Shown: positions 11,141 through 25,700, counted from the first letter of the stretch. The stretch: 64,000 nt of DNA from Deinococcus yavapaiensis KR-236 (GCF_003217515.1 NZ_QJSX01000004.1:249140-313139); one strand, 5' to 3'. Notes: generated by a model not told the origin, from the letters alone. Made by a program: numbers and translations.

Positions 11141-12306
11141 GGGGTCACCTCCGGGGCAAGGGCCGAAAAGGGCGTCCACTTTTCCGAGCTTTGCCCGCTT
11201 CGCACGGCCGTCTCGATGAACGCCACGCCGCGCGCGCCGTCGTGGACGGTCGGAAAGTCGGCGATGAGAGAATCGGGCGCGCGTCCCTCGTCGCCCGCGC
11301 GAATCGCCTCGGCGGCGCCGACGTACAAGTTCGCGAACGCCTCGATGAAGGCCTCGGGGTGCCCGGTCGGAAGGCGCGTCGCGGCTTTCGCGGCCGAACC
11401 GAGGTAGGCGTTGCCGCGCGTCAGGACTTGCCGCGGGGCGTCGAGGGAATCCAAGACGAGGTAGTTCGGGTCCTCCTGATGCCACGTCAAGGTGCCCTCG
11501 GTGCCGTACACGCGGATGCGCAGATCGTTCTCGCCGCCGACCTCGATTTGAGAGCACCACAAGATGCCCTTCGCGCCGCCTTTGAAGCGCAGCAGCATGT
11601 TCGCGTCGTCGTCGAGACGCCGTCCCGGCACGAAGGCCGTGACGTCCGCGCAAATGGCATCGAGTTCGAGATTCGTGATCGTCGCCACGAGATTCTCGGC
11701 GTGAGAGCCGATGTCACCGATGGCGCCCGCGACGCCGCTGCGCGCCGGATCGGTGCGCCAATCCGCCTGCTTGTTCTCGACGTGACGCGCCAACCAGCCT
11801 TGGTTGTACTCCACGACGACCTTGCGAATCTCGCCGATCTTGCCCGCCCGCACGAGGTCGCGCGCTTCGCGCACCATCGGGTAGCCGGTGTAGTTGTACG
11901 TCACGGCGAACACGACGCCCGTCCGCTCGACGACGCCCACGAGGTCGCGCGCCTGCTCGAGCGTGTGCACGAGGGGCTTGTCGCACACGACGTGAATGCC
12001 CGCCTCGGCGAACGCCTTGGCGACTTCGTAGTGAACGTGGTTCGGCGTCACGATCGACACGAAGTCGATGCGCTCGTCCTTGGGGCGCGCGAGTTCGCCC
12101 GCCAACATGTCTTGCCAAGAGCCGTAGGTACGGTCGCCCGAAAGGCCGAGTTCCCGGCCCGACGCGACGGCCTTCTCGGGCGTGCTCGACAACGCGCCCG
12201 CGACGAAATCGATTTGTCCGTCGAGGGCGGCCGCCTTGCGGTGCACTCCGCCGATGAACGCGCCTTGCCCGCCGCCCACCATGCCCATGCGAAGCTTGCG
12301 GGTCAT
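11137..12306 (-). CDS. Gfo/Idh/MocA family oxidoreductase
   Basis: [22 protein letters not shown]... NAD(P)-binding Rossmann N-terminus; GTGA overlap with xylA start and ATGA overlap with upstream gene. Confidence 0.85.
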   Translation of the reverse strand: MTRKLRMGMVGGGQGAFIGGVHRKAAALDGQIDFVAGALSSTPEKAVASGRELGLSGDRTYGSWQDMLAGELARPKDERIDFVSIVTPNHVHYEVAKAFAEAGIHVVCDKPLVHTLEQARDLVGVVERTGVVFAVTYNYTGYPMVREARDLVRAGKIGEIRKVVVEYNQGWLARHVENKQADWRTDPARSGVAGAIGDIGSHAENLVATITNLELDAICADVTAFVPGRRLDDDANMLLRFKGGAKGILWCSQIEVGGENDLRIRVYGTEGTLTWHQEDPNYLVLDSLDAPRQVLTRGNAYLGSAAKAATRLPTGHPEAFIEAFANLYVGAAEAIRAGDEGRAPDSLIADFPTVHDGARGVAFIETAVRSGQSSEKWTPFSALAPEVTP

Positions 12307-13325
12307 GATTCCGCCTTCGGCTGTTCGCTGCGCGAGAAGGCCGCGTCGAACGCTCCTTGCGCGGGCGCGAAGTCGAGGCGCCTCACGAACGCGGCGCTTT
12401 CCGCCGCGCCGTGGAATCGGTCCATGCGCGAGTCTTCCCATTCCACGCTGAGCGGCCCTTGGTAGCCGATGTCGTTGAGGGCCACGATGACTTCCTCGAA
12501 GTTCACGTCGCCGCGTCCCACCGAGCGGAAGTCCCAAAAGCGCCGCGCGTCTCCGAACGACGTGTGACCGCCGAACACGCCGACGGTGCCGTCGCCGTGA
12601 CCCCACCACGCGTCTTTCATGTGCGCGTGGAAGATGCGGTCCGAGAACACGCGGATGAACTTCACGTAGTCCACGCCTTGATAGCCAAGGTGGCTCGGGT
12701 CGTAGTTGAAGCCGAAGCGCGGGTGGAATTTCACGGCTTGAAGCGCGCGCTGACTCGAGGCGATGTCGAAGGCGATCTCGGTCGGGTGAACTTCCAAACC
12801 GAAATTCACGCCCTGCTCGTCGAACACGTCGAGAATCGGCAGCCAACGCCGCGCGAAGTCGTCGAAGCCGCGCTGCCAATACTCTTGCGACGTAGGCGGA
12901 AATTGATACAAGGCGTGCCACACGCTGGAGCCCGTGAAGCCGTTGACGACTTTCACGCCGAGCTTGGCGGCGGCGCGTCCCGTGTTCGAGACTTCCTGCG
13001 CGGCGCGTTGACGCACGCCTTCGGGCTCGCCGTCGCCCCAGACGTGCGACGGCACGATGTCACGGTGGCGCTCGTCGATGAGATCGCACACCGCCTGCCC
13101 GACGAGGTGCGTGGAGATCGCGAAGAGTTGCAGTTCGTGGTCGGCGAGCAGCTCACGGCGCTGCTTGACGTAGTCGTCGTCTTCCAAGGCGCGCGTCACG
13201 TCGAAGTGATCGCCCCAGCACGCGAGTTCCAGCCCGTCGTACCCCATCTTCTTCGCGAGCGGGGCGAGCTCGGCGAGGGGAAGGTCGGCCCACTGGCCGG
13301 TAAAGAGAGTGATCGGTCGAGGCAT
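12303..13325 (-). CDS. Sugar phosphate isomerase/epimerase (xylose isomerase-like TIM barrel)
   Basis: AP endonuclease family 2 / Xyl_iso-like TIM barrel sequence; operonic. Confidence 0.8.
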   Translation of the reverse strand: MPRPITLFTGQWADLPLAELAPLAKKMGYDGLELACWGDHFDVTRALEDDDYVKQRRELLADHELQLFAISTHLVGQAVCDLIDERHRDIVPSHVWGDGEPEGVRQRAAQEVSNTGRAAAKLGVKVVNGFTGSSVWHALYQFPPTSQEYWQRGFDDFARRWLPILDVFDEQGVNFGLEVHPTEIAFDIASSQRALQAVKFHPRFGFNYDPSHLGYQGVDYVKFIRVFSDRIFHAHMKDAWWGHGDGTVGVFGGHTSFGDARRFWDFRSVGRGDVNFEEVIVALNDIGYQGPLSVEWEDSRMDRFHGAAESAAFVRRLDFAPAQGAFDAAFSRSEQPKAES

Positions 13326-13380
13326 TGCGCTCCTTCTCCCCTCTCCCGAAGCGGGAGAGGGGGGCGGGGGGTGGAGATCT

Positions 13381-14340
13381 TCAGAACGGCGAGTTCGGGT
13401 AGTAGAACTGCTTGGCGTTCGCCTTCGTGACGAGGACGGACGGAATGATGGTGCTGGCGGGCATCTTCTGGCCCTTGGAGCGCGCGGCGGTCGCCAGACG
13501 CATCGCGTCGGCGATCATGGCGGGCGGATACGTGACGTCGGCGGGAATCATCTTGTCGCCGTCCATGACGCGCTTGATCATGTCCTTCATGCCCGCGCCG
13601 CCGAGGACGAATTTGATGTCGGTGCGCTTGGCTTGCTGGATGGCCTTGAGAACGCCGACGGCCATGTCGTCGTCGGACGCCCACACCGCGTCGATCTTCG
13701 GGTAGCGCGTCAGGTAGTCCTGCATGACCTTGAAGGCGTCGTCGCGGTTCCAGTTGCCGAACTTCTTGTCGAGGATCTTGACGTTCGGGTACTGCGTTTT
13801 CATGGCCGCTTCGAACGAGTCGACACGCTGATTGTCGATGACGGTCGGCAGACCGCGCAAAATCACGACGTTGCCCTTGCCGCCCATCTGCTTGCCCATG
13901 AACTGCGCGGCGACCTTGCCGAAGCCGGGATTGTCGCCCGCGACGTAGGCGTCTTGCGCGGAGGTGTCGGTGAGGCCGCGGTCCACGACGACCGTATAGA
14001 CGCCTTGCTTCTTGAGGTTCGCGACGGGCCGCGTGAGGGGCGCGCTCTCGAAGGGCAGGATGACGAGGGTGTTGATCTTGTTGACGGTGTAGAGGTCCTG
14101 GATTTGGTTCGCTTGCTCGCTGGGGCTGTTCGCGGTCTTGATGATGAAGCGGGCGTTCGGGTACTTCTTGGCGAGATCCTTGGCGGCTTCGTTGGCGTGG
14201 TACACGACCCCGCCCGTCCAGCCGTGCGTCGCGGACGGAATGGACACGCCGATGACGAGCGGCGTCGATTGTCCGGCGGCCGTCATGCCGAGGGTGATGG
14301 CCGCGAGGGCCGCCATGCCGATGGAGAATTGCTTGCTCAT
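13381..14340 (-). CDS. Sugar ABC transporter substrate-binding protein (RbsB/XylF-like periplasmic binding protein)
   Basis: Start at [18 protein letters not shown] (signal peptide) with AGGAGG RBS; periplasmic binding protein fold family 1. Confidence 0.85.
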   Translation of the reverse strand: MSKQFSIGMAALAAITLGMTAAGQSTPLVIGVSIPSATHGWTGGVVYHANEAAKDLAKKYPNARFIIKTANSPSEQANQIQDLYTVNKINTLVILPFESAPLTRPVANLKKQGVYTVVVDRGLTDTSAQDAYVAGDNPGFGKVAAQFMGKQMGGKGNVVILRGLPTVIDNQRVDSFEAAMKTQYPNVKILDKKFGNWNRDDAFKVMQDYLTRYPKIDAVWASDDDMAVGVLKAIQQAKRTDIKFVLGGAGMKDMIKRVMDGDKMIPADVTYPPAMIADAMRLATAARSKGQKMPASTIIPSVLVTKANAKQFYYPNSPF

Positions 14341-14410
14341 GTTGCCTCCTGAATGTGGAGTGAGTCGAACGTCCGAACACCGCGCCGTCTGTGCCAACTC
14401 GAGGAAGGAG

Positions 14411-15415
14411 TCAAGTTCGCCGACCGCGTTGCAAGAAGGCGACGATGATGATGACGACGCCTTGCACGGCCGCGTTGAGGTACACGCTGAAGAGGTTGGT
14501 GAGGTTGAGGACGTTTTCGATCGTGACGAGCAAAATCGCCCCGACGACCGTGCCCCAGATGCGTCCCGAGCCGCCCTTGAGCGCCGTTCCGCCGATAATG
14601 ACGGCCGCGATCGCTTCGAGTTCCCACAGCAAACCCGTGGAGGGCGAGGCCGATCCGAGGCGCGGCACGTACAGAATCGTGGCGATGGCGACGCACACGC
14701 CGAGCAGGACGTACGTGAGGATCTTGATGCGCGTGACGTCGATGGCGGCGTAGCGCGCGACCTGCTCGTTGGAACCGATGGCTTGGACGTAGCGGCCGTA
14801 CCTCGTGCGGTTGAGAAGCAAGCCGCCGAGCAAGGCGACGAGCGCGAACACGAGAATCGGGATGGGCACGCCGAGGACCGAGCCGTAGTAAACCGGGCTG
14901 TACTTCTCGGAAAGAGTGTCGTTCAAGCTGATGGCGCCGCCGTTGGAGAGGTAGGTGAGGACCGAGCGGAACAACCCTAGCGTGCCGAGGGTGACGATGA
15001 AGGGCTCGATGCGCCCGCGCGCGATGAGGGTGCCGTGCGCGAGTCCCGCGAGCGCCCCGATGGCGAGCGCGATCAGCATTCCGACGAGGATGGTGGACGT
15101 GCCCGACCCGAGCGTGGGAATGAGGGAATTCATGATGAGGATCATCGACCCGGCGGTGAGCGCGGCGAGCGAGCCCACGGAGAGGTCGATGCCGCCCGAG
15201 ACGATCACGAAGGTCATGCCGACGGCGATGATGCCCGTGAAGGCGGCCCGCGTCAGAACGTTGGAGACGTTCGAGATGCTGGCGAAGTCCGAGTTGAGCG
15301 ACGTCGCGAGGATCGCGAGCAGGATCAGGCCGAGCAGCGGCCCGAGCGCGCCGATGCGCGCCAAGATGTTGGGCCTCTTGGCGGGCCGAACGGCTTCAGA
15401 GGTGGGAGTGGACAT
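14411..15415 (-). CDS. Sugar ABC transporter permease (CUT2 family)
   Basis: Polytopic membrane protein with RbsC/XylH-like sequence. Confidence 0.85.
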   Translation of the reverse strand: MSTPTSEAVRPAKRPNILARIGALGPLLGLILLAILATSLNSDFASISNVSNVLTRAAFTGIIAVGMTFVIVSGGIDLSVGSLAALTAGSMILIMNSLIPTLGSGTSTILVGMLIALAIGALAGLAHGTLIARGRIEPFIVTLGTLGLFRSVLTYLSNGGAISLNDTLSEKYSPVYYGSVLGVPIPILVFALVALLGGLLLNRTRYGRYVQAIGSNEQVARYAAIDVTRIKILTYVLLGVCVAIATILYVPRLGSASPSTGLLWELEAIAAVIIGGTALKGGSGRIWGTVVGAILLVTIENVLNLTNLFSVYLNAAVQGVVIIIVAFLQRGRRT

Positions 15416-16931
15416 GATCGCTCCTTGAATCGGCCCGCAGGCCCGTGGCGTACTGAATGACGGTTTGCTCGTCGAGGTCGTTGCCGCTGAGCTCGCCGAC
15501 GATGCGCCCGCCGCGCATCACGAGCAGGCGGTGGCACAACCCGAGCAGTTCGGGCAGTTCGCTGGAGATCACGATGACGGCCTTGCCCGCTTGGGCGAGC
15601 TTGTGAACGAGGTGGTAGATGTCTCGCTTCGCGCCGACGTCCACGCCGCGTGTCGGCTCGTCGAGGATCACGACGTCCGGGTCTCGCTCCAAAATCTTGG
15701 CGAGGGCGAGCTTTTGCTGATTGCCGCCCGACAAGGACGCGGCCTTGACGTCGAGTCGGCTCGCGCGCACGTCGTACTCTTTCACGGCGCGCGTGAGAGC
15801 GGCGTCCTCGGCGCGTCGGTCCAGCAAAGGTCGGGCGTAACGCTCCAAGGTCATGAGCGTGAGGTTGGGGCGCAAGCCGAAGTCGACGTGCAACCCTTTG
15901 CCCTTGCGGTCCTCGCTGAGGTACACGATGCCTTGCCGAGCGGCGTCGATCGCCGAGCGCACGCGTATGGGGCGGCCGTGCTTGCGAATGCTTCCCACCG
16001 TGGAGCGGCGCAAGCCCAAGAGGCCCTCGAACGCCTCGGTGCGTCCGCTACCGATGAGGCCCGCGAAGCCCAGGACTTCGCCGCGGCGTACCGTGAAGCC
16101 CACGTCGTCCGCCCAGCCGGGCACACCGAGGTGCTCGACTTGGAGCGCCTCCTCGTCCGAAGGCGCGTTGTGCCGGGGAAACATGTCGGCGAGTTCGCGC
16201 CCCACCATGAGGTTGGCCATCTCGTGCGTGGACAAGGTGCTGGCGGGCCGCGTCGCCACGAGCCGCCCGTCTCGCAAGACCGTCACGCTGTCGGAGACGC
16301 GCTTCACCTCGTCGAGCTTGTGCGAGATGTAGAGCATCGTCACGCCGGAGGCGCGCAGTTCGCTCATGACGCCGAACAGCACCTCCGTCTCTCCGGGCGT
16401 GAGGGCCGCCGTCGGCTCGTCCATCACGAGCAACGTCGCCGAACGCGAAAGGGCCTTGGCGATTTCCAGAAGTTGTTTTTGCGGCACGCTCAGCTCTCGC
16501 ACGCGCGTCCTCGGATCGACCGCGAGGCCGACGCGGTTCATGGCGTCCACGGCGCGGCGGTTCATCTCGGCGTCGTTCACGAGGAGCCCGCCGACTTCGT
16601 GACCCAAGAAGACGTTTTGGGCGACCGTGAGATCCTCGGCGAAGTTGAATTCCTGGTGGATGAGGACGATGCCCTTGGCCTCGGCGTCACGGCTGCTCGT
16701 GAAGCGGACGCGCTCGCCGTCCACGACGACGTCTCCGGTCGTCGGCGAGTGGTAACCGCCGAGAATCTTCATGAGGGTGGACTTGCCCGCGCCGTTCTCG
16801 CCGATCAAGGCGTGGACTTCGCCGCGCGCCACGTCGAAGTTGACGTCGCGCAGCACGTCCACGTCGCCGAAGCGCTTCGTGATGTGCGAGAACTCGACGT
16901 GCGTGGCGTGCGTTCGAGCCGGGCTCGTCAT
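15396..16931 (-). CDS. Sugar ABC transporter ATP-binding protein (two fused ABC domains)
   Basis: Start at [22 protein letters not shown]; Walker [10 protein letters not shown]; 511 aa; ATGA overlap with ROK gene stop. Confidence 0.85.
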   Translation of the reverse strand: MTSPARTHATHVEFSHITKRFGDVDVLRDVNFDVARGEVHALIGENGAGKSTLMKILGGYHSPTTGDVVVDGERVRFTSSRDAEAKGIVLIHQEFNFAEDLTVAQNVFLGHEVGGLLVNDAEMNRRAVDAMNRVGLAVDPRTRVRELSVPQKQLLEIAKALSRSATLLVMDEPTAALTPGETEVLFGVMSELRASGVTMLYISHKLDEVKRVSDSVTVLRDGRLVATRPASTLSTHEMANLMVGRELADMFPRHNAPSDEEALQVEHLGVPGWADDVGFTVRRGEVLGFAGLIGSGRTEAFEGLLGLRRSTVGSIRKHGRPIRVRSAIDAARQGIVYLSEDRKGKGLHVDFGLRPNLTLMTLERYARPLLDRRAEDAALTRAVKEYDVRASRLDVKAASLSGGNQQKLALAKILERDPDVVILDEPTRGVDVGAKRDIYHLVHKLAQAGKAVIVISSELPELLGLCHRLLVMRGGRIVGELSGNDLDEQTVIQYATGLRADSRSDHVHSHL

Positions 16932-18148
16932 AGCGACCTCGCCTTGGCGGCCTCGAGGGTGGAGTTGAGGGCCAAGACCCCCGCCCCGACCAGGCCGCCT
17001 CGATCGGGGATTCGCGACAAGCGCAGTTCGATGTGCCGCGTGGACAGCGCGAGCGAGCGTCCGTACACGCTTTGACGGATGGACGCGAGCCACAACGGAC
17101 CCATGAGCGAGATGCCGCCCGTGAGGACGATGTGCGACGGGTTGAAGAAGTTCACGAGCGAAGCGAGCATGCGGCCCAGCAAGACGCCCGAGCGTTGAAT
17201 GATCGCCGTGGCGACCATGTCGCCTTCCCGGCTCGCGCGCGCGACCTCCACGGGCGTGAGCGAACCGACGCTCTTGAGCAGTTCGGCGAGAACGGCACTT
17301 TCGCCGCTTTCGGCGGCGGCGCGCGCTTCTTTGGCGATGGCGGGACCCGCCGCCATCGCCTCGACGCAACCGACGTTGCCGCAGTGGCACACGGGCCCGA
17401 GCGGATCGACGCAGATGTGACCGACGTCTCCGGCGGCGCCGTCCGCGCCGCGGTAGATGCGGCCGCCGCAGACGATGCCGCAACCGATGCCCGTGCCGAC
17501 CTTCACGACGAGGAAGTTCTCGGCGAAGCGCCGTCCCGCCCACAGCTCGCCGAGCGCGAGGACGTTGACGTCGTTGTCGACGAAGACGGGCGCCCCGAGA
17601 ATCGCGGCGAGGTCGTCCCGAATCGAGAAGCCTTCCCAGCCCGGCATGATGGGGGGATTGACGAGCAGGCCGGAGTCGAAGGCGACGGGGCCGGGCACGC
17701 CCATTCCGACGGCGAGCACGTCGTCGGGCAACAAGGCGAGCCGCGCGAGCAAGGTCTTCATGATCGCTTTGACGCGGGTCATGACGGGTCCGGGTCCGTG
17801 CCGCACGTCGGCCGCCTCGTGGTGGCTGGCGAGGGGCGTCATGTCGAGGCTCAGCACGGCGACGTCGAGGCTGGTCGCGCCGAGGTCCACGGCGAGAAGC
17901 ACGCCGAGGTCCGGGTGAAGCGTCAGCTGTTCGGAGCGGCGCCCGCCCGTGGATTCGCTCGGGCCGCTTTCGCGCACGAGGCCCGCCTCCAGCAGATTCG
18001 CGATGGCGGCGACGACCTTGCTTTTGGAAAAGCCCGTGCGCTCGACGAGAAAGCGGCGGGAAACTTGTCCTTCCCAGCTCACGGCGGACAGCAGGGCCGC
18101 CTCGGTCAAGCCCAACAGCCCGATGTGCGTGCGGATTCGTGGGGTCAC
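16928..18148 (-). CDS. ROK family transcriptional regulator (XylR-like)
   Basis: N-terminal wHTH plus ROK sugar kinase-like domain (DLGATSLDVAVL, CHCGNVGCVE zinc motif). Confidence 0.85.
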   Translation of the reverse strand: MTPRIRTHIGLLGLTEAALLSAVSWEGQVSRRFLVERTGFSKSKVVAAIANLLEAGLVRESGPSESTGGRRSEQLTLHPDLGVLLAVDLGATSLDVAVLSLDMTPLASHHEAADVRHGPGPVMTRVKAIMKTLLARLALLPDDVLAVGMGVPGPVAFDSGLLVNPPIMPGWEGFSIRDDLAAILGAPVFVDNDVNVLALGELWAGRRFAENFLVVKVGTGIGCGIVCGGRIYRGADGAAGDVGHICVDPLGPVCHCGNVGCVEAMAAGPAIAKEARAAAESGESAVLAELLKSVGSLTPVEVARASREGDMVATAIIQRSGVLLGRMLASLVNFFNPSHIVLTGGISLMGPLWLASIRQSVYGRSLALSTRHIELRLSRIPDRGGLVGAGVLALNSTLEAAKARSL

Positions 18149-18456
18149 GGCACCTCCCGGAGATGAAGCCGAAGGAAAGTCGATCCTTCAGGCGTTTCTT
18201 GCTCGATGTCCGGAGTCTAAGCCCATCGACTTCAATCCGACAAGACCGAACTTCGAACCGAAGTCGAACGAAGTTCGAGCGAAGTCACGCCGAAGCCGCT
18301 CGATTTCGTGAAGCAGGCACGTTCGTGTGAGAAACGCATCAGGCCGCAACGCGACAGCGCTTATTTTTTCCCTGTATACTTCTTCGGGGTCGAAGGAAAG
18401 GTTCGTGAACGCGCTCGGCGCGACGATTTTCCACGACATCTCCAGGAGGACGTGCA

Positions 18457-19560
18457 ATGAAAAAAGTTCTGGCACTCGGGCTTCTGGCCCTCGGCGCTGT
18501 CGCGAGCGCGCAAACGCCTGTTCGCGTCGGAATCGCGTTCGATTCCGGCGGTAAGTTCGATCGTTCGTTCAACCAGTCCGCGTGGGAAGGCTCCCAGCGC
18601 GCTGTGAAGGACCTCAAGGTCCAAGTGAACGACTTCCAGCCCACCGACCCCAGCCAAACCATCCAAGGCGTTCGTTCCTTCGCGCAAAACGGCTTCGACC
18701 TCACGGTCGGCGTCGGCTTCGCCAACGAGTCGAGCATCACGGCGGTCGCCAAGGAAAACCCGAACCTCGCGTTCGGCCTCGTCGACTCCGAAAGCTCCGC
18801 GACGAACGTCGCCAGCCTGCTGTTCCAAGAAGAGCAAGGCAGTTACCTCGTCGGCTACCTCGCGGGCCTCAACACCTCCACGAACGTCGTCGGCTTCATC
18901 GGCGGCATGGACATCCCGCTGATCCACAAGTTCGAAGCGGGCTTCGCGGCGGGCGCCAAGGCGGCCAACAAGAACATCCGCGTCATCGCGCAGTACGTCG
19001 GCACGACGCCCGAAGCGTGGAACAACCCCGCGCGCGCCAAGGAAATCGCGTCGAGCATGAAGTCGCGCGGCGCCGACGTCATCTTCCACGCGTCCGGCGC
19101 GTCGGGCAACGGCTTGATCGACTACGTGAAGCAAACGCAGTGCATCAAGGCCACGGACTTGCCCAAGGGCGTGACGTTCCGCAACAACACCTTCGCGAAC
19201 GTCCGCAAGAGCGCTTCGTACACGAAGGCCTGCGCTGGCAACACGCGTCCGTTGTTCTTCATCGGCGTCGACTCCAACCAAAACCGCCTCGGTGACTACG
19301 ACAACAACCCGGCGACGCTGAACCACGGCCTGACCTCCATGCTCAAGCGCGTGGACAACGCCGTGTACGCGCTCATCCGCGACGTGTCGCAGAACAAGTT
19401 CAAGGGTGGCGTGCGCCGCTTCGGCCTCGCGCAAAACGGCGTGGGCTTCGCCCTCGACCAGTACAACCGCGCCTTGATCTCCAACGCGCAGGAAAAGCGC
19501 CTCGAGGAAGTGCGTCAAGCGATCATCGCGGGCCGCATCAAGGTCCCGACCGACCGCTGA
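18457..19560 (+). CDS. BMP family ABC transporter substrate-binding lipoprotein (nucleoside-binding, PnrA-like)
   Basis: Signal peptide MKKVLALGLLALGAVASAQ; BMP/PnrA family sequence. Confidence 0.85.
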   Translation: MKKVLALGLLALGAVASAQTPVRVGIAFDSGGKFDRSFNQSAWEGSQRAVKDLKVQVNDFQPTDPSQTIQGVRSFAQNGFDLTVGVGFANESSITAVAKENPNLAFGLVDSESSATNVASLLFQEEQGSYLVGYLAGLNTSTNVVGFIGGMDIPLIHKFEAGFAAGAKAANKNIRVIAQYVGTTPEAWNNPARAKEIASSMKSRGADVIFHASGASGNGLIDYVKQTQCIKATDLPKGVTFRNNTFANVRKSASYTKACAGNTRPLFFIGVDSNQNRLGDYDNNPATLNHGLTSMLKRVDNAVYALIRDVSQNKFKGGVRRFGLAQNGVGFALDQYNRALISNAQEKRLEEVRQAIIAGRIKVPTDR

Positions 19561-19570
19561 TCCTCGCCCA

Positions 19571-19613
19571 TCAACGAAAACACCCCGCCGCTCGGCGGGG
19601 TGTTTTCTGTTTT
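19571..19613. terminator. Bidirectional rho-independent terminator between convergent BMP and PAP2 genes
   Basis: Hairpin CACCCCGCCG-ctcg-GCGGGGTG flanked by T-runs on both strands. Confidence 0.75.
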
Positions 19614-19620
19614 CAAGCGC

Positions 19621-20460
19621 TCAGTTCAAGACCGCGCGCGGCTCGGCCCGCTTGAGGCGCAGCAACCTCGGCACGCCTTCCGTCGCGATCAAGACGAGCG
19701 CCATGTACCGCACGGCCTCCACGAGACCGAGGTGCCGAATGCTCTCGGGAATGACGCGAAACGCGAAGTACACCGCGAAGACGAGCGCGATGCCCACGAT
19801 CGTTCCGACAAGGCGCATGCCGAGGTTCCTGTGGCCTTCGAAGGTGCTGCGCGTCAGCCAAAAGCCGGAAAGCAAGCCCATGCTCATCGACATGTACGCC
19901 ACCGACGAGAACACGGTCGCGGCAACCAACGCCACGATCGGCACGACGAAACGCCACGCGCCCTCCGCCTTCGGCACGCCGACGCGCGCGAGCAAGGCCA
20001 CGAAGATCGCGCCGATCAGCACGCCGCCCACGATGTCCGACAGGAAGTGCACGCCCAGCACGACGCGCGACAAGGCGATCAAAAGCACGAGCACCGCCGC
20101 CACGCCCCAGAAGACGCGGTTGCGAGCGGCGAGCGCCATCGATCCCCAAATCGTCGCGCTGATTTGCGCGTGTCCGCTCGGAAACCCCGGCCCGCCCGCC
20201 GTGTCCTTCGCGGCGTCCGAAGCGATGCTCGCGTCCACCTGAAAGGGGCGCGGCTCGTCGAGCACCGTCTTGAGCAGGCCGTTCGTGAACAGCGACAGCG
20301 AAAACCACACGCCGAAGTCGCGTGCGCCGCGCGGATTCACGAAGAAGATGTAGACCCCCATCAAGACGATGAAGGCGTAATCCGAGCCGAACTGCGTCAA
20401 AGCGAGCCAGAAGGACTCCGGTCCGCCGAGCGCATCATGAAGTGCTCTCACGATGTCCAT
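19621..20460 (-). CDS. PAP2 family phosphatase (membrane-bound, with additional C-terminal TM helices)
   Basis: Acid phosphatase motifs KTVLDEPRP...PSGH...[12 protein letters not shown]. Confidence 0.85.
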   Translation of the reverse strand: MDIVRALHDALGGPESFWLALTQFGSDYAFIVLMGVYIFFVNPRGARDFGVWFSLSLFTNGLLKTVLDEPRPFQVDASIASDAAKDTAGGPGFPSGHAQISATIWGSMALAARNRVFWGVAAVLVLLIALSRVVLGVHFLSDIVGGVLIGAIFVALLARVGVPKAEGAWRFVVPIVALVAATVFSSVAYMSMSMGLLSGFWLTRSTFEGHRNLGMRLVGTIVGIALVFAVYFAFRVIPESIRHLGLVEAVRYMALVLIATEGVPRLLRLKRAEPRAVLN

Positions 20461-20536
20461 AAAGATTATTGTGCCAAACTCTCGGGCGCTGCGGAGCAGA
20501 ACGAGCGCGGCGAAGCACCCCTGCTACACTACGGCC

Positions 20537-22096
<1,560 letters not shown>

Positions 22097-22152
22097 CTGC
22101 CACCGCTCCGCGAAGCCCCCGTCAGGGGGCCTTTCGTTTAGGATGTTTGTCT

Positions 22153-22860
22153 ATGAGTGTTCACCTCTCCGCCCAGCCGGGCCAAATTGCCGAAACCGTC
22201 CTCATGCCGGGCGATCCGCTGCGCGCCAAGTACATCGCCGAGACGTTTCTGGAGGACGCCGAGTTGTACAACGAGGTGCGCGGAATGCTGGGGTACACCG
22301 GCACGTACAAAGGCAGACGCGTCTCGGTGCAAGGCAGCGGGATGGGCATTCCGAGCATTTCCATCTACGCCTCCGAGCTCATCACGCAGTACGGCGTGAA
22401 GACCCTCGTGCGTGTCGGTACGTGCGGCGCGTACCAAGAAAACGTGCGCGTGCGCGACCTCGTGCTCGCCCAAGCCGCCTGCACGGACTCGGCCATCAAC
22501 AACGTGCGCTTTCCCGGCAAGACCTTCGCGCCGATCGCCGACTTCGAACTCTTGCTGCGCGCCTATCAAGTCGCGCGAGAGCGCGGCTTCACGACGCACG
22601 TCGGCAACATCTTGTCGAGCGACACCTTCTACCACGACGATCCTCAGCAGTTTCAGCAGTGGGCGCGGTTCGGGGTGCTCGCCGTGGAAATGGAGGCGGC
22701 GGGCCTGTACACCCTCGCCGCGAAGTACGGCGTTCGCGCCCTCACGGTCCTGACGGTCAGCGATCACCTCGTCACGCGCGAGGAAACGACCGCGCAAGAG
22801 CGCCAAACGTCGTTCGGCGCGATGGTGCAAGTCGCGCTCGACGCGGCGCTCGGCCTCTAA
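22153..22860 (+). CDS. deoD: Purine nucleoside phosphorylase DeoD-type
   Basis: [35 protein letters not shown]... DeoD family; preceded by a weak hairpin between it and the ATPase gene. Confidence 0.85.
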   Translation: MSVHLSAQPGQIAETVLMPGDPLRAKYIAETFLEDAELYNEVRGMLGYTGTYKGRRVSVQGSGMGIPSISIYASELITQYGVKTLVRVGTCGAYQENVRVRDLVLAQAACTDSAINNVRFPGKTFAPIADFELLLRAYQVARERGFTTHVGNILSSDTFYHDDPQQFQQWARFGVLAVEMEAAGLYTLAAKYGVRALTVLTVSDHLVTREETTAQERQTSFGAMVQVALDAALGL

Positions 22861-22887
22861 GCTCGGCGGGAGGTGTACGCTCGAAGC

Positions 22888-23613
22888 ATGAGCTCGCTGT
22901 TGCTCCTGACCGCGCTCGTCGCCGCGCAACCGTCCCTCCCCCGGGTAACCGTGGACGCTCGACCGCTTGTAGTGACGGCGACCGTTCGAGAACTTCCGGC
23001 TCGGCCCGTGGAGGAAGGGCCGGAGTTCTATCCGCCGCGCCGCGTCCGCGTGACGTTCGGCCCGCAGCAAGATTGGCGCGAGCTGAACGTGTACCCCGTG
23101 GCGGCGTTGCTCGCGCAGTACCCGGATTCTCGCGACCGCGTGCGCGGCCAGATCGACGCGCTGAAAGGATTGCTGCGCCAACGCGCCGCACCGAACGCCG
23201 TTCGCGGCGAGTGGCCGTTCCTGCCGCTCGCGTTCGCCGCGCAAGTTCTGGCGGCGAGCGTGAGGTACGTGGATTTCGACGGCGGACGCGGCGTGCGCTA
23301 CCTTGTCGCGTACCGTCAAGACGCGGCGCCCCTGTCGCGTGACGACGTGTACTACACCTTCCAGGGCCTCACGAACGACGGACGGCACTACGTTTCGTTC
23401 GTGTACCCGGCGTCGCTCGCCGAGTTGCCGAAGGATGCGTTCGCCCCGGCGAACAAGTCGGTGATGGACGCACTCGCCTCGGGCGACGCGCAGCGAGCGA
23501 AGACGACGTGGGAAGCGTACTTGTCGCGCATGAAGCGGCAACTCGACGGCTTGACGAACGACGCGCGCCTCACGCGGCTCGACACGGTCGTGAAGTCCTT
23601 GCTGATTCGCTGA
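22888..23613 (+). CDS. Hypothetical secreted protein (signal peptide), 241 aa
   Basis: MSSLLLLTALVAAQPS signal; GGGAGGTG RBS upstream; no recognisable domain. Confidence 0.55.
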   Translation: MSSLLLLTALVAAQPSLPRVTVDARPLVVTATVRELPARPVEEGPEFYPPRRVRVTFGPQQDWRELNVYPVAALLAQYPDSRDRVRGQIDALKGLLRQRAAPNAVRGEWPFLPLAFAAQVLAASVRYVDFDGGRGVRYLVAYRQDAAPLSRDDVYYTFQGLTNDGRHYVSFVYPASLAELPKDAFAPANKSVMDALASGDAQRAKTTWEAYLSRMKRQLDGLTNDARLTRLDTVVKSLLIR

Positions 23614-23620
23614 AGCGCGC

Positions 23621-23660
23621 GAGCGAGGGGAGGGCCGTTTAGCGGCCCTCCCCTCGCTCG
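23621..23660. terminator. Bidirectional terminator hairpin between the hypothetical secreted protein gene and the trpA end
   Basis: GAGCGAGGGGAGGGCCG-ttta-GCGGCCCTCCCCTCGCTC, an 18-bp perfect stem. Confidence 0.7.
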
Positions 23661-23673
23661 CCTCTCTTCGATT

Positions 23674-24461
23674 TCAGCGCGCGCAGCCCGCCAGAATCTC
23701 CTGCGCGAGCGGACCCACGCCATCAGGGGTGAGGGCGGCCGTGACGAGCGCGCTTCCCACGACGACGCCGTCGGCGACTTTTGCGACGGCGTTCGCGCTG
23801 CCTCGGTCGCCGACGCCGAAGCCGACGGCGATGGGATGCGAGGTGTGCTCGCGGGCGAGGGCGAGCAGGCGGGGCACCTCGTGAAGGGCGCTTCCGGTGC
23901 GCGCGCCCGTGACGCCCGTCACGGACACGGCGTACAAGAAGCTGGTCGTCGCTTCCGACACGAGGCGAATACGCTCGGGCGTGCTCGTCGGGGCGATCAG
24001 GAAGGTCAGCTTGAGATCGAAGCGCGCCGCGAGGTCGCGCAAGCTCTCGGCCTCGTCGGGCGGCAAGTCGGGCAGAATCAAGCCGTCGAGGCCCGCCGCG
24101 ACGGCGTCCTTCACGAAGCGCTCCTCGCCCCACGCGAGGATGGGGTTGTAGTACGTCATGAGGACGAGCGGCTTGTCGGTACGCTCGCGCAACTTGCGAA
24201 CGGCGTCGAACGTGCGGCGAATCGTCGCGCCGTTGCGCAGCGCGAGTTCCGACGCCTTTTGGATCGTCGGGCCGTCACCGAGCGGATCGCTGTACGGCAA
24301 GCCCACCTCGAGCAGGTCGGCGAAGCGCAGAAGCTCGGCCGCGTGAAGCTGGAACTCCTCGGCCGTCGGGTAGTCGGCGGGCAGGTAGCCGATGAAGGCG
24401 GCGCGGCCCTCGGACTCGGCGCGGTGAAAGGCATCGTGGATGCGGCTTTTCGTCATGATGG

Positions 24462-24465
<4 letters not shown>
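23674..24465 (-). CDS. trpA: Tryptophan synthase alpha chain
   Basis: TrpA family; start at [13 protein letters not shown]; ATGA overlap with trpB stop. Confidence 0.9.

Positions 24466-25686
<1,221 letters not shown>

Positions 25687-25700
<14 letters not shown>

Noticed and set aside
9929-11653. 574-aa version of xylA with 170-aa Arg-rich N-terminal extension, and the 444-aa plus-strand ORF 11131..12465
   Set aside because: The XylA homology starts at the internal GTG ([12 protein letters not shown]) with a strong RBS; the extension overlaps the upstream Gfo/Idh/MocA gene. The plus-strand ORF is antisense to that gene.
22097-22152. Hairpin GCCCCCGTCAGGGGGC between the ABC ATPase and deoD as a terminator or attenuator
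   Set aside because: Stem is short and followed by only a weak T-tract; kept out of the feature list, mentioned only as possible partial termination.
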